Assembly: GCA_000091205.1 (NCBI GenBank)
Contig: AP006497.2
Reading direction: 5' to 3' (one strand)
Length of the DNA: 64,000 nt
From: Cyanidioschyzon merolae
Lineage: Eukaryota
How positions within the stretch are numbered: position 1 is the first letter of the stretch; the number at the start of each line of letters is the position of its first letter. Shown here in pieces: positions 41,073 through 50,766 of this stretch. A model generated the notes under the pieces. The model was given only the letters and a program-made list of their open reading frames with translations. It ran no database searches and had not been told where the DNA came from. The position numbers and the translations under genes are program-made.

Positions 41073-43652
41073 TCACTGGGTCCCGTGCCCGCCGTTGCTT
41101 CGCGCAGCTGCGTTTCTCTGCTGAAACTGCTGCAGCGTTGCCAATAACTGCTTGACTTGGTCCATATCGGCTCCAGGCGGTGCCGTCGATGGCTGGTTCG
41201 CCGCATAGGGTGCATTTCCGGAGAAGCCAGGATGCTGTGCATGCATCACAGGGGCATTCATGCCCGTCGGTGGCAACGAAGCCATGTATCCGGGGTAGGC
41301 ACGCTGACCGATGGTGCTCCCGGGGCCGTTCGAGGTCGCTTGCGGAGGTGCCGAGGGCTGCGGCTGCGGCTGCGGCTGCGGCGCTCCCGGGTGGCCGTAC
41401 AGATAGCCTGGCGGCATCGAGGCGTAGGGATAAGGCATGGTGCCCGGGGCCGCCACCATTGGATTCTGGTACCGGTACGCTGCTGCAGCGGTCGGGAGTG
41501 AGGGCGCTGGAGGCGTCATTCCAGGGACCACCCCGGACATCATCGATGAGATGTTGCTGGGATCCGCGACGGTCGGTGGCGAAAGCGCCATCGCAGCTGA
41601 GGCCACGGTGTACGCAGCGGGCGGCAGAGGCAAGTTAATACGTTCCTCGCGGAAGATAATGGCAAGCGCCTCATGAAAGGGTATGATGGAGCCTCCCCCA
41701 GCGTACTCGAATCCTGTTTTTTCATAAGTTCGTATGGAACACGTTCCCTTGGAGGCATCCTTGCTGCTAACCACGATCACGTAACGTACGCATTGTGCGT
41801 AGGCCTCTTTGAGCGCAGTGCCCAGGGAATCCGAGAAAATATACGCCACATCAGCTGAAATTCCAAGGCTGCGGATCACGTTCTGCATGGCGTGGGCCAT
41901 GGATCTCGACGTCGTTCCAATAACCAGAATGCGTACATAGGGTGCACCAGGTCTAGGTGGCGGCCGCGGGCCACCCGTTTCCAGCGCAGCTGCGTCACGC
42001 TTTCGCCACCCGCTGCTCTGCTGCAGGGGGCCTCGTTTGCCCTCGACAACGGGACCGGTGCTATGGTGTGCAGCTGCCTCCCTTCCGGTGGCACGGCGGG
42101 TGCCATGGTTGCCGCTGCCGCTGTCGTTGCGACGTCCGGACGCAACGCTTAGATCCAGGTGGCGGCCACCGATCAGGCGCCCTTGCTCGTAACGAATCGC
42201 GAGTTGCGTCGATTCCGGATTATCATACTGGATGAAGGCATAGGAGCGGAGCAGGAGTGGCTGCTCGATGATGCGGCCGTACTTGGAGAAAATGCTTATC
42301 AATTCAACCGGACTTGTAGTCTCTGACGCCAAGTTTCCAATAAACAGGCGTGCGTCGTTGGTGCCTTCTGGATGCCGCCTCGGCAGCGTCTGTATGTATT
42401 CAGCCGCCTCTTTCAAACTCAAGGCTGGTCGCAGCTTACTGGAATCATCATCCTCCAGTTTGTTCCATTCCGCTTCAGATTTCTCGGGCACGGCTGGCGT
42501 CGGCTGCAGGTCGTGTGCTGTCGAGGCCTCCTCTTGAGCGCCTCCTGTGGAGGGTTCTGCGGACTCCTCTTCGGATGTGGACTGGTTAGGGGCTGGTGCG
42601 GCCAGCTCCGTTTGATCGGATGCGACATTCTCGTGGAAGGCGCTTCCTTTGGATCGGCGTGGAATGCTTGCTCCAAATGATACCGGGGACGACTCTGCCG
42701 CTCCAGAAACGGCTTCTGTTAGACCTGTCCCGTCCTCGAGAGTGACTGTTGCCTCTGCCACGCTGCCTGACTTTGTCTCCACTGCGTCGGTTTTCTGGCG
42801 CTTACGGCGAACGACAGGCGGAAGACTATCGTCATCGAGCAGGTCGTCGTGCTCGATGCTGGCCCTCTCGATGGTGTCATCGTCGTTCAGGGTCACCTCA
42901 TCGGTATCATCGTCGACGACGGCCGATGGTGGAACTGGTGACCCCCGAACCTGTTCATCCAACGAAGAGTGCATCGAAGGCGTGGTGTCGACGCGATTCC
43001 GGAGCTCCTGTGCAGCTTCCGCTGATGAAAAGCCATTTTTGGAGACGGACTCGACAGCGGCGACGGCGGACTGTAATGGGGTTGCCTCAGCATCTTGCGC
43101 CTCAGCGCTGCAGTGCCCATGCGGGCTCGTAGCGCTCGGTAGATCTAGGGCAGTTTGCTCCTGCTCCGGTAACCCGAGGCACACTGGCCTGGCTGGTGAC
43201 TCCTCTGACGACAGCACTGCGGATGTAGCCGCCATCGCATCCCCCTCGCTCTTCCCACATTCCGCAGTCGGCTTCGGGTCAGTCGTATGCTCGGTGCAAG
43301 CTGGGCGTTCGTCTCGAGAGCTGGACGCCACCGGGCTGGTTTCGTGGGCACCGACGGACATGGGCCCAACCGGGTCCTCCACCCCGACAGCGGAAGCGCG
43401 CTGGGTTTCCGGTGAAGCTGGTTCCTTAGAAATCGGGTCTGAGGCCTCCTGTTGCTCAAAGGTTAGCTCTTCTGGTATGGCGGTAACGTTTTTCACAGTG
43501 TCCTCTTGGACTTTAGACTCGCCGTCGTCGTCGTGATGGTGGTGAGCAGCGGGCGCTGGCTCCTCCGCAGCTTGCGCGTCATTGCGCAGACGACGCCCGC
43601 GAGGCATAATTAACACGTGGACGGTGCTGCTTCTTCCTCCTAAGTAAAACAA
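41073..43652 (-). CDS. Nab3/hnRNP-C-like RRM RNA-binding protein with acidic N-terminal and Pro/Gln-rich C-terminal low-complexity regions
   Basis: RRM ARLFIGNLASETTSPVELISIFSKYGRIIEQPLLLRSYAFIQYDNPESTQLAIRYEQGRLIGGRHLDLSV parallels the Nab3 RRM (SRLFIGNLPLKNVSKEDLFRIFSPYGHIMQINIKNAFGFIQFDNPQSVRDAIE). The C-terminus carries PQPQPQPQP and QQFQQ tracts. Confidence 0.6.
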   Translation of the reverse strand: MFYLGGRSSTVHVLIMPRGRRLRNDAQAAEEPAPAAHHHHDDDGESKVQEDTVKNVTAIPEELTFEQQEASDPISKEPASPETQRASAVGVEDPVGPMSVGAHETSPVASSSRDERPACTEHTTDPKPTAECGKSEGDAMAATSAVLSSEESPARPVCLGLPEQEQTALDLPSATSPHGHCSAEAQDAEATPLQSAVAAVESVSKNGFSSAEAAQELRNRVDTTPSMHSSLDEQVRGSPVPPSAVVDDDTDEVTLNDDDTIERASIEHDDLLDDDSLPPVVRRKRQKTDAVETKSGSVAEATVTLEDGTGLTEAVSGAAESSPVSFGASIPRRSKGSAFHENVASDQTELAAPAPNQSTSEEESAEPSTGGAQEEASTAHDLQPTPAVPEKSEAEWNKLEDDDSSKLRPALSLKEAAEYIQTLPRRHPEGTNDARLFIGNLASETTSPVELISIFSKYGRIIEQPLLLRSYAFIQYDNPESTQLAIRYEQGRLIGGRHLDLSVASGRRNDSGSGNHGTRRATGREAAAHHSTGPVVEGKRGPLQQSSGWRKRDAAALETGGPRPPPRPGAPYVRILVIGTTSRSMAHAMQNVIRSLGISADVAYIFSDSLGTALKEAYAQCVRYVIVVSSKDASKGTCSIRTYEKTGFEYAGGGSIIPFHEALAIIFREERINLPLPPAAYTVASAAMALSPPTVADPSNISSMMSGVVPGMTPPAPSLPTAAAAYRYQNPMVAAPGTMPYPYASMPPGYLYGHPGAPQPQPQPQPSAPPQATSNGPGSTIGQRAYPGYMASLPPTGMNAPVMHAQHPGFSGNAPYAANQPSTAPPGADMDQVKQLLATLQQFQQRNAAARSNGGHGTQ

Positions 43653-44395
43653 TCACCACAGATGCTTAGCGCTTGGCACCCTGGGCTGAAGCGGAAAGCT
43701 CTGCGCTTTACCCTCTGAGAACGGGTGACTATGGTTAAACCCCTCGCGCTAGGAGCGCAACACGTCCCGCGTCGGTGATGCACGATACACTGGACGAGGC
43801 CGCGCCCTCCGAGGGGGCATGTCACGTCACGCGGAATGCGCGATCATCGATCGCCAAGGGCGCTGGCGCCCTCATGCGCATCGCGATCATCGATCGTGCG
43901 TAACGCACCCCGGCGGCGCGCGTGGATGTGCCAGGGCGCACGCGCGCGCCCTGGGATCGCGAATGCCCGCGAGGATCGGTGCAGCGAAAGAGTGTTGTGT
44001 ATATCCAATCATGGACAAAATTGTTGCGGTTGTGACTAGGGAACCCCAGTGTGATTCCGGCGCGCTGCTCGCTGTAGCTGTCGTCCGGAAAACTTGCTGT
44101 GGCACCTGGGCAGAGAGCGAAGGAGAGCCAGAGCAATCGCCGTTCTATAACAGGCAACAGCGATGCGTTGTGCAACTCGCGGGTAGCGCCGGGATAACAA
44201 CGTGGGAAGCACGTTGATCTGTGCAAGCTTCTGCATACGACATTAGACTCTGACTGAGACTGCGCTATCTATTACAGAGGTCTTCTGGATTTTTCCATAG
44301 CGCGCACCTTCATTGCGACCTCTGGACGCAGCTTCGGGTCGCTGCGCGTTTGCGAGCTGGGCGCTGGTCTCTTCGCGCTCAGGTTCCTCTGTGTC

Positions 44396-45244
44396 GTGAT
44401 GAAAGAGACTGAACAGGTGTCGGAAGCGCCACACGGCCTAGAAGGAGCCTGGTTAGACTTGACAAACAGAGTGCGCGTCTCCGGGGATACGGTGGAAGCG
44501 TGTTCGGCGTTTTCAATTGGTCCACCGCGTTGCCGCTGGCTGCTACAAGCGACAGACCGCGGCGTCAACTGTGCTGCACTGGATCACTACGTACCGCACA
44601 TATGCGGCACACACACGGAAACAGTGTATCACATTGCACACCATCGATATATAAAGAGGGCAGTTTGTGAGATACCGTTTTTCAGGTTTCACAAAGCTCG
44701 GATTCAAGTCTGCACGGCGAAAATCGCATGCACCGAACAGGTGCTTCCTTCGGCGGATACAGACTATCCTTGCCTGGAACCGAACGACTTGATCGTTGGT
44801 CCATCGGCGTTAAACCGTGCACCTCGGTACACACGCGCACAAGACAGCACGATAGAGGCCCTGATACTCATCGTCGTCGGGCCCGACGGCACGTCCGACT
44901 GGCGCGATGGCAAGCTCGATGATCGGCCGCCGTATCTGACACCCGCTGCAATCGAATCACTGGCGACCCGCTACCCGAACATGCGTCATTTGCTAACGAA
45001 TTTGCCATCCGTTGATCGCCGGCGAGATGGTGGCCTTGTCCGTAGCCACCGAGCGTTTTTCGCAACTGACTTTGCTGGAGATGGGACACCGTCCGAAAGC
45101 CCCCAGAAAACCATAACAGAGTTACTACGAGTGCCTCCAGACTGGCAATTGTACGACGATGCAGAAGGCGTTGTCTGTATCTCCCTCGCACCCATTGAGG
45201 GGCTCGATGCGATCCCCAGTTCCGTCTACTTTAAGAGTCACTGA
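44396..45244 (+). CDS. cyclase-family protein (kynurenine formamidase/arylformamidase-like)
   Basis: HICGTHTETVYHIAHH matches the HxGTHxDxPxH metal-binding motif of the putative-cyclase/KynB family. LILIVVGPDGTSDW and the LPSVD regions are consistent with that family. Confidence 0.6.
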   Translation: MMKETEQVSEAPHGLEGAWLDLTNRVRVSGDTVEACSAFSIGPPRCRWLLQATDRGVNCAALDHYVPHICGTHTETVYHIAHHRYIKRAVCEIPFFRFHKARIQVCTAKIACTEQVLPSADTDYPCLEPNDLIVGPSALNRAPRYTRAQDSTIEALILIVVGPDGTSDWRDGKLDDRPPYLTPAAIESLATRYPNMRHLLTNLPSVDRRRDGGLVRSHRAFFATDFAGDGTPSESPQKTITELLRVPPDWQLYDDAEGVVCISLAPIEGLDAIPSSVYFKSH

Positions 45245-45615
45245 TTTGCGGATGCAATGCTTCCGTGCTACACTCTGCGAGTTCGCTGCAACCAGCTTCA
45301 TTTGCCGATACCTAACATACTTGTAGAGCAGTGTCCACGAAGCGCATAATGCTAACAGCAGCCGGCGCTCGACGGCTACGTGCTATTGGAGCAGTCCGCG
45401 CGCCCCGTACGGACACGTACCATGGTAAACAAAGAACGATCGCCAGCGCGGGTGGCGCTCCACGAGGGCGCCCCGGAGCGTTCGCCGCCTGAGCGATCGC
45501 ACCGGCGACGCGAAGGCGCTCGAAGGGGACGCGTGCGTACCGCCGTGGCCAGATCTGTCCAAGGATGTTCATGATGTGGAAGGGGTTCTGAAGTTCGCAC
45601 TTCCCGATTGGCGCC

Positions 45616-46404
45616 TTGGCGGCGTCTCTGGTTCGTTGCGGCAGGCGACGTTCCCGCCCGAGTTTTACCCCTTACCCCACGGGGCTCGGTCAGCAGGCGG
45701 GCGTTGACCCGCCTATGCCCAGAATAAAGCACACACCCGTAAATAGACCTCGTAAAACCCATCAGTGTGTGCACTGTGGGACGCTTTTTGCCACAAGTTC
45801 TCAACTTTGTCGCCATACGCGGACCGTGCACGAAGGACGGCGCGACTATCGGTGCGAACGCTGCGGTGCGGCTTTTACAACGAAACAGAGTTGTGCGACG
45901 CACGTTCACACGGTGCACGAAGGTGCGCGGGACTTTCTATGTTCGCTGTGTGGTTCGCGTTTCACGCAAAAAGGGGCGCTCACCGTTCATATTCGGACCG
46001 TGCACGAGGGTCATCGCGATCATCGTTGTGATATATGCGGGAACACGTTCACTGCGAACTCCAGTTTGAAACAGCATATTCGTGTTGTTCACGAGAACGC
46101 TCTCGACTGGGTATGCGGTAAGTGCGGCGCCAGGTTCACGAGCCGCAACGGTCTGAAATACCATCTGCGAACGGCGCACAGTGCACATGGCGGGCGAGAC
46201 TTTCCCTGTCCGCGCGAGGGCTGCGACCGCGTATTCACAAGCAAGGGCGGTCTTTTGAAGCATCTGAAAGCCCAGCACGATCGCGTGAAGGACCAAATCT
46301 GTGACCTCTGTGGAGCGGCTTTCGCGCATCGCACTCAGCTGAACCAGCATAGAAAGCGCGTGCACGAACAATCCCAGAGCCGGTCGAGTACCGCCCCAGG
46401 CTAG
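45616..46404 (+). CDS. C2H2 zinc-finger protein, about seven tandem fingers
   Basis: Repeated C..C............H...H units, each ending TVHEG or VVHEN: HQCVHCGTLFATSSQLCRHTRTVHEG, YRCERCGAAFTTKQSCATHVHTVHEG, FLCSLCGSRFTQKGALTVHIRTVHEG, HRCDICGNTFTANSSLKQHIRVVHEN and others. Confidence 0.8.
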   Translation: MAASLVRCGRRRSRPSFTPYPTGLGQQAGVDPPMPRIKHTPVNRPRKTHQCVHCGTLFATSSQLCRHTRTVHEGRRDYRCERCGAAFTTKQSCATHVHTVHEGARDFLCSLCGSRFTQKGALTVHIRTVHEGHRDHRCDICGNTFTANSSLKQHIRVVHENALDWVCGKCGARFTSRNGLKYHLRTAHSAHGGRDFPCPREGCDRVFTSKGGLLKHLKAQHDRVKDQICDLCGAAFAHRTQLNQHRKRVHEQSQSRSSTAPG

Positions 46405-46839
46405 TCGTTCAAAAGGATGATGGACGGCCCCTAGGTTGCAAGTGTCGCAGTACTGCGGCGGAGGCTTCTACGTGCTCTTTTCGGCTTGAGTGCCTTGTAA
46501 AATGCAAGTGTTTCCCTGGCATCATTTCGGATTGACGGACCTTTACGTGCGATCAGGGGATTTAGATTTGCGTGCACATCGCGCACAGCTTGGTCCGTTG
46601 GAGGCGGACCTGGATCCGAGTCCCATCTCACTGGATTGTAACTGGCGTCTATATTCATATCCACGTGTCTGAACTTGGCAACCACGTTATTGGTTGCTAA
46701 GCACCTTCAAGCGTTTGGCGACTTCGAACGGCACCTGGACTGTACGCGGCGGATGTTCACGCAAAGGCGGTCTGTTACTTGTCAGCGGAGGCAGTCCCTA
46801 TACTCAACGGCAACAGCATTTACACGGTTCGACCAGAGA

Positions 46840-47835
46840 TCAGAGTCGATCGAGGGTTTCGTCCTCTTCATATCGCGGCACATAACAGGAGAATTCGAAT
46901 TCCTCACCAGCGAAATGAAGCAGGACGAAATCCGTGAGCACGAAACAAAACGTCTGTTGTGGATGGACTAGACGCGCTTCGAGCGCATTCGCTAGAGCGC
47001 CCACCGGAATCTTTGCGCTTATCAGGTGATGCACGGCAGCAGCCGAGCTGTTATTATCGTCCGCGTGTCCCGGGGCAGCTGCTGAACCCGGAGGTGCATC
47101 GGGGCATTCACCTTCCACATACGCCAGTTTCAGTTCAGTGAATGTCAGACCGACTCGGATGGTTGTCGTCGGCACCGAGAGGCGAAGACGTGCCGTCGAT
47201 GATGTTTCTCGCTTCACTTCAATGCTTAAATGGGCACAGAGCGGTTCCATTTCTGTTATACTGTATCGATGAAGTGCTCGTAGGCGCTTCGCGGCAGCAT
47301 GGAGGCGTTCGGGGCAAGACAGCACCACGCCGCGTGCGCCAGCGGTCACCGGCGGCTCGCGTAGCTCCTGTAGGCGAGCTGGTGGCAGCACCTCCACGGC
47401 GACGTCCTGGATGATGTCCCATTCAGGTACTGTTGAATCGTGGAGGGCAATTTCCAGGCTAAGCACGGCACCGAGTTTGCGCCGCAAACGCAGCTGCACA
47501 AGCTGGCCCCGTAGCGCCGAACGCAGTGCCCCGCTGAGGCTTGTCGGTTCCAGCTGCAGAGCAATGTGATCCTGGGCCTTAGACTCGAGCTGATAGCTGG
47601 AAAACCAGGCCACCTTTTCTAACGAGGCCCATACCGCGAGGAGGTCGCCATCGCGCTCTCGATCACGGCCGACCAAACCGTCTCGATGTCCAGTGCTGGA
47701 TACAATAAACTCGATGCGATCGTCAGCGGGCGGCGTCAGGTGCAGAATTACCTGTCGGTGATACTTGGCGAGTACGTTCGATATGCTCACGAGCTCTGGC
47801 ACTTTCTCAAGCCGAAGCGCCGCTTTAAAGCGCAT
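46840..47835 (-). CDS. HUS1: HUS1 checkpoint clamp (9-1-1 complex) subunit
   Basis: MRFKAALRLEKVPELVSISNVLAKYHRQVILHLTPPADDRIEFIV is colinear with the HUS1 N-terminus ([43 protein letters not shown]). The C-terminal CFVLTDFVLLHFAGEEFEFSCYVP matches KMVHFDLLHEDVSLQYFIP. The ORF track extends the start to 47928, but homology begins at the internal Met. Confidence 0.7.
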   Translation of the reverse strand: MRFKAALRLEKVPELVSISNVLAKYHRQVILHLTPPADDRIEFIVSSTGHRDGLVGRDRERDGDLLAVWASLEKVAWFSSYQLESKAQDHIALQLEPTSLSGALRSALRGQLVQLRLRRKLGAVLSLEIALHDSTVPEWDIIQDVAVEVLPPARLQELREPPVTAGARGVVLSCPERLHAAAKRLRALHRYSITEMEPLCAHLSIEVKRETSSTARLRLSVPTTTIRVGLTFTELKLAYVEGECPDAPPGSAAAPGHADDNNSSAAAVHHLISAKIPVGALANALEARLVHPQQTFCFVLTDFVLLHFAGEEFEFSCYVPRYEEDETLDRL

Positions 47836-50766
47836 GCGTCGACTGAAGTGAGAACCGGGAAAGTGTCGTTCATCCAAGGACGTGACCCGCTGGCAGGCGA
47901 CTCCGGCGTTGATCACCCCAATTCGCACCTACAACCATACGGTTCCTCGAGTGTCGTTGGCGCCAAAACGTGCACCTCGGGCAGCGTGCGCTGCATTGGA
48001 GCACCGCCTGCGATCTTGCGAATGGCGCCGCGGGCGGGCCTGGATGCATGCGTTTCATCAAAACTGCACACAGTACGCTGCTAGGTTTGTCCATGCCTTG
48101 AGCATTCTGGGAGCTTGTTTCAGATGTACCGTCTCTACATTCGACGTGCAGCAATGAGCGCGTACATGTTGATGGGCTGGTTCCAGGTTTTCGGTCGAGT
48201 TCTAGGGGTAGCTTCTTCGGTTATTTGCCGCAGGATTTCGTCACTTCATCGGAATCGAGATGATTCGTAATGCCATGGAGCAAGCGTCCACGAATGAACC
48301 CATAACAATATACAATGTTGGCATACAAGCCTGCAGTATTCTATGTTCCATTCGTGTCGTATGCTCCGATCACGTGTGGTTTACCGTTCGGATCTCTCTG
48401 CTTCGGGGCAACGCGAGGGCGCAGCAAATCGTGTCACTGGATCAACGAAGCGAGACGCTCGACATTGTCCGTTGAAGATCTCTTGAGAAGCGCACGCAAA
48501 AAGTTCGCTGCATTTGTTGCGTCCAAGAATCGATCCCGATCGAAAAAGAAATCATACTTGCTTCATGATTATCGGCAGCGCGGCACTCGACAGCAGCATG
48601 ATTTCTCACACGTGAAATGCTCCGAGAGGCTCCGCGTTCTCTTCTGTTTTGCATGGAAGAGAGCCGCGGGCTCGGTCCTCAGTGATTGCAGCTATCGCGT
48701 CCAGTGGAGTGTGTCTAGCCGATTTACACCATGTGAACGGAGCTGGTTCGAATTTTCTCGACATGTTCTCTAACCTGGGTTCTCCTTACGGTGCTTGTTT
48801 CCTAATGAATAAATTTGCGTTTCACAAATGCTCTACCGAAGGGCAGTGGGTTCGCTTCCGTGTGCAACGCGCAACATTCTTGCCAATGGAACCCTCAGAA
48901 GAAGCCCTTGATCCCGGGAGACGGCACCTGGCCCGGAAACCGAGGAGAGCATCGACTGGTACATTCCATCCCCGTGAAGAATATGTACCAGAAGATGAAG
49001 GAAGCTTTCATGAATCAAAGGGCGGCGCCCGGTGGAGGCATAGGCGTAGAAATCGTATAACAACACCCGACTAGAGTCCAGTGACACCGCTGCAAAGGGC
49101 GCAAAGGGCGTTTGTGGGCGAAGAAGCTGAATTCGGCGATGAAAGCGTATATTGCGACTGCCGCCTAATCTTCAAAAGCGTCCACAACAGCTTGAAGCAG
49201 CGAAATCAGAACTTGAGCTCTGCAATCAACATCTGTCGAGTGCTGAAACCGGAGCTGGAGCAACGTGAGAGACTGGCGTTATGAAGCTTCAGGAAAGGGC
49301 GAGGGAAAAAGCATTCGGGTCAAAAACCTAGAGAGACTGGTGTTGATGACAGTTCACAACGACCCAGGCATGACTTCTTACGCGCATGTTAGGTAAAAGG
49401 ACTCGTTCCATTTTATACCGATATCAGGAGAGTCGCGTTGACGTATATTTTGACCGACGAATCGTTGACAGGAACCCAAGATCACCTACGCCGCATCTGC
49501 TATCCGCATCTGGGAATGCGCCCATCATTCCGTTCCATACCGTCGGGTTATAGCTCCACCATTAACTTTATTCACACCTGATTGCGGAATGTTGGCAATG
49601 AGTGCATCCTGATTGTTGTCTGCATGGGGCTGCTTCGGAACCGTTCCGCGCAGGTTCTTACGCGTGGCGATGTGGACGGAACGCCACCCTCGTTCCGCTC
49701 AGAAGCATATCGAGATACGCACGATGAACCAGGAGTCTTACACAGAGCAGGGCTGCAAATGCGCAAGCACTGTATCATGCAGAGATGCCGCACGCTGGCG
49801 ATGCTGGTTCGAAGGATGACGTTCGCAGATTCGTATTCGATTTGACGCTGATCAGGCTGCGCAAGCATCGTCGTACTTCTGGGGGCAAACAAGCATCACC
49901 GGAACATGTATGAATCCGTCTTCGACAGGGCAAATTTTCCCACAATGTGACGAGCAGTGCATGCTTCGAGAGCCAACGCTTGCGTCGGAAAATACGCAAG
50001 CTGCTGTTACTGCCGCAAAGAACGCATCCATGATTTCTCGGCCGTTTCACTCCTTGATACTCAGTTTGTAGGCAACGGGGATTTATTCTGTTCAAGAAGG
50101 CACACTGGGGTTGCAGCTCACCCACATGCTCTGATCGATACAGCTGTGTTTCTGGGTCGGTGGTAAGCAGCCTCCGACACCGTTGTTGAAATGCATGAGG
50201 GCGGGAACGCCCCGTATCGGGGGCTCCGACGGTACACTGCATCCCCGAGAGCATCTTGTACGGTGTAAGGCGGATGGATCTGAACAGGTTGCCTTGGAGG
50301 TACAGCGCATGTCGGCAACCGGGACAACAGGCTTTACACTGCTCCAGACGTGGGTGTATTTCGCCAACGTCAGATCACGCTGCCTGCTGGGACCCATGAA
50401 AGCATCGTCCATCCAGCGACAGCGTAGATGCCGAACCTATCGAAAAGCGGCTGCTACGGCGCCATCTACGCTACTGCTGACGCTGTTCGAAGAGAAGACG
50501 TCCTTGCGGAACCCGAACTCAAGTCGACTGGAAGCGTGTCCGGGCGTAAGTGTGTTCCTTGCATTAGATCGCTGTGCAGCGGGTAACCTTCTGAAGACAT
50601 AGTGCTGCGTTTCTAATATCCAGGAGGTACCGGGCGCGCTAACCGCGTACTCACAAGACAAAGTTTTTCGGCCTATGATAGCGGCAGTGTGGTGTTTTCA
50701 CGCACCGGGTTTTCTGGAACTAGAGCCAACAGCGTGTGTGGGTTGTTCAAGAAAGGCTAGTGCTCT

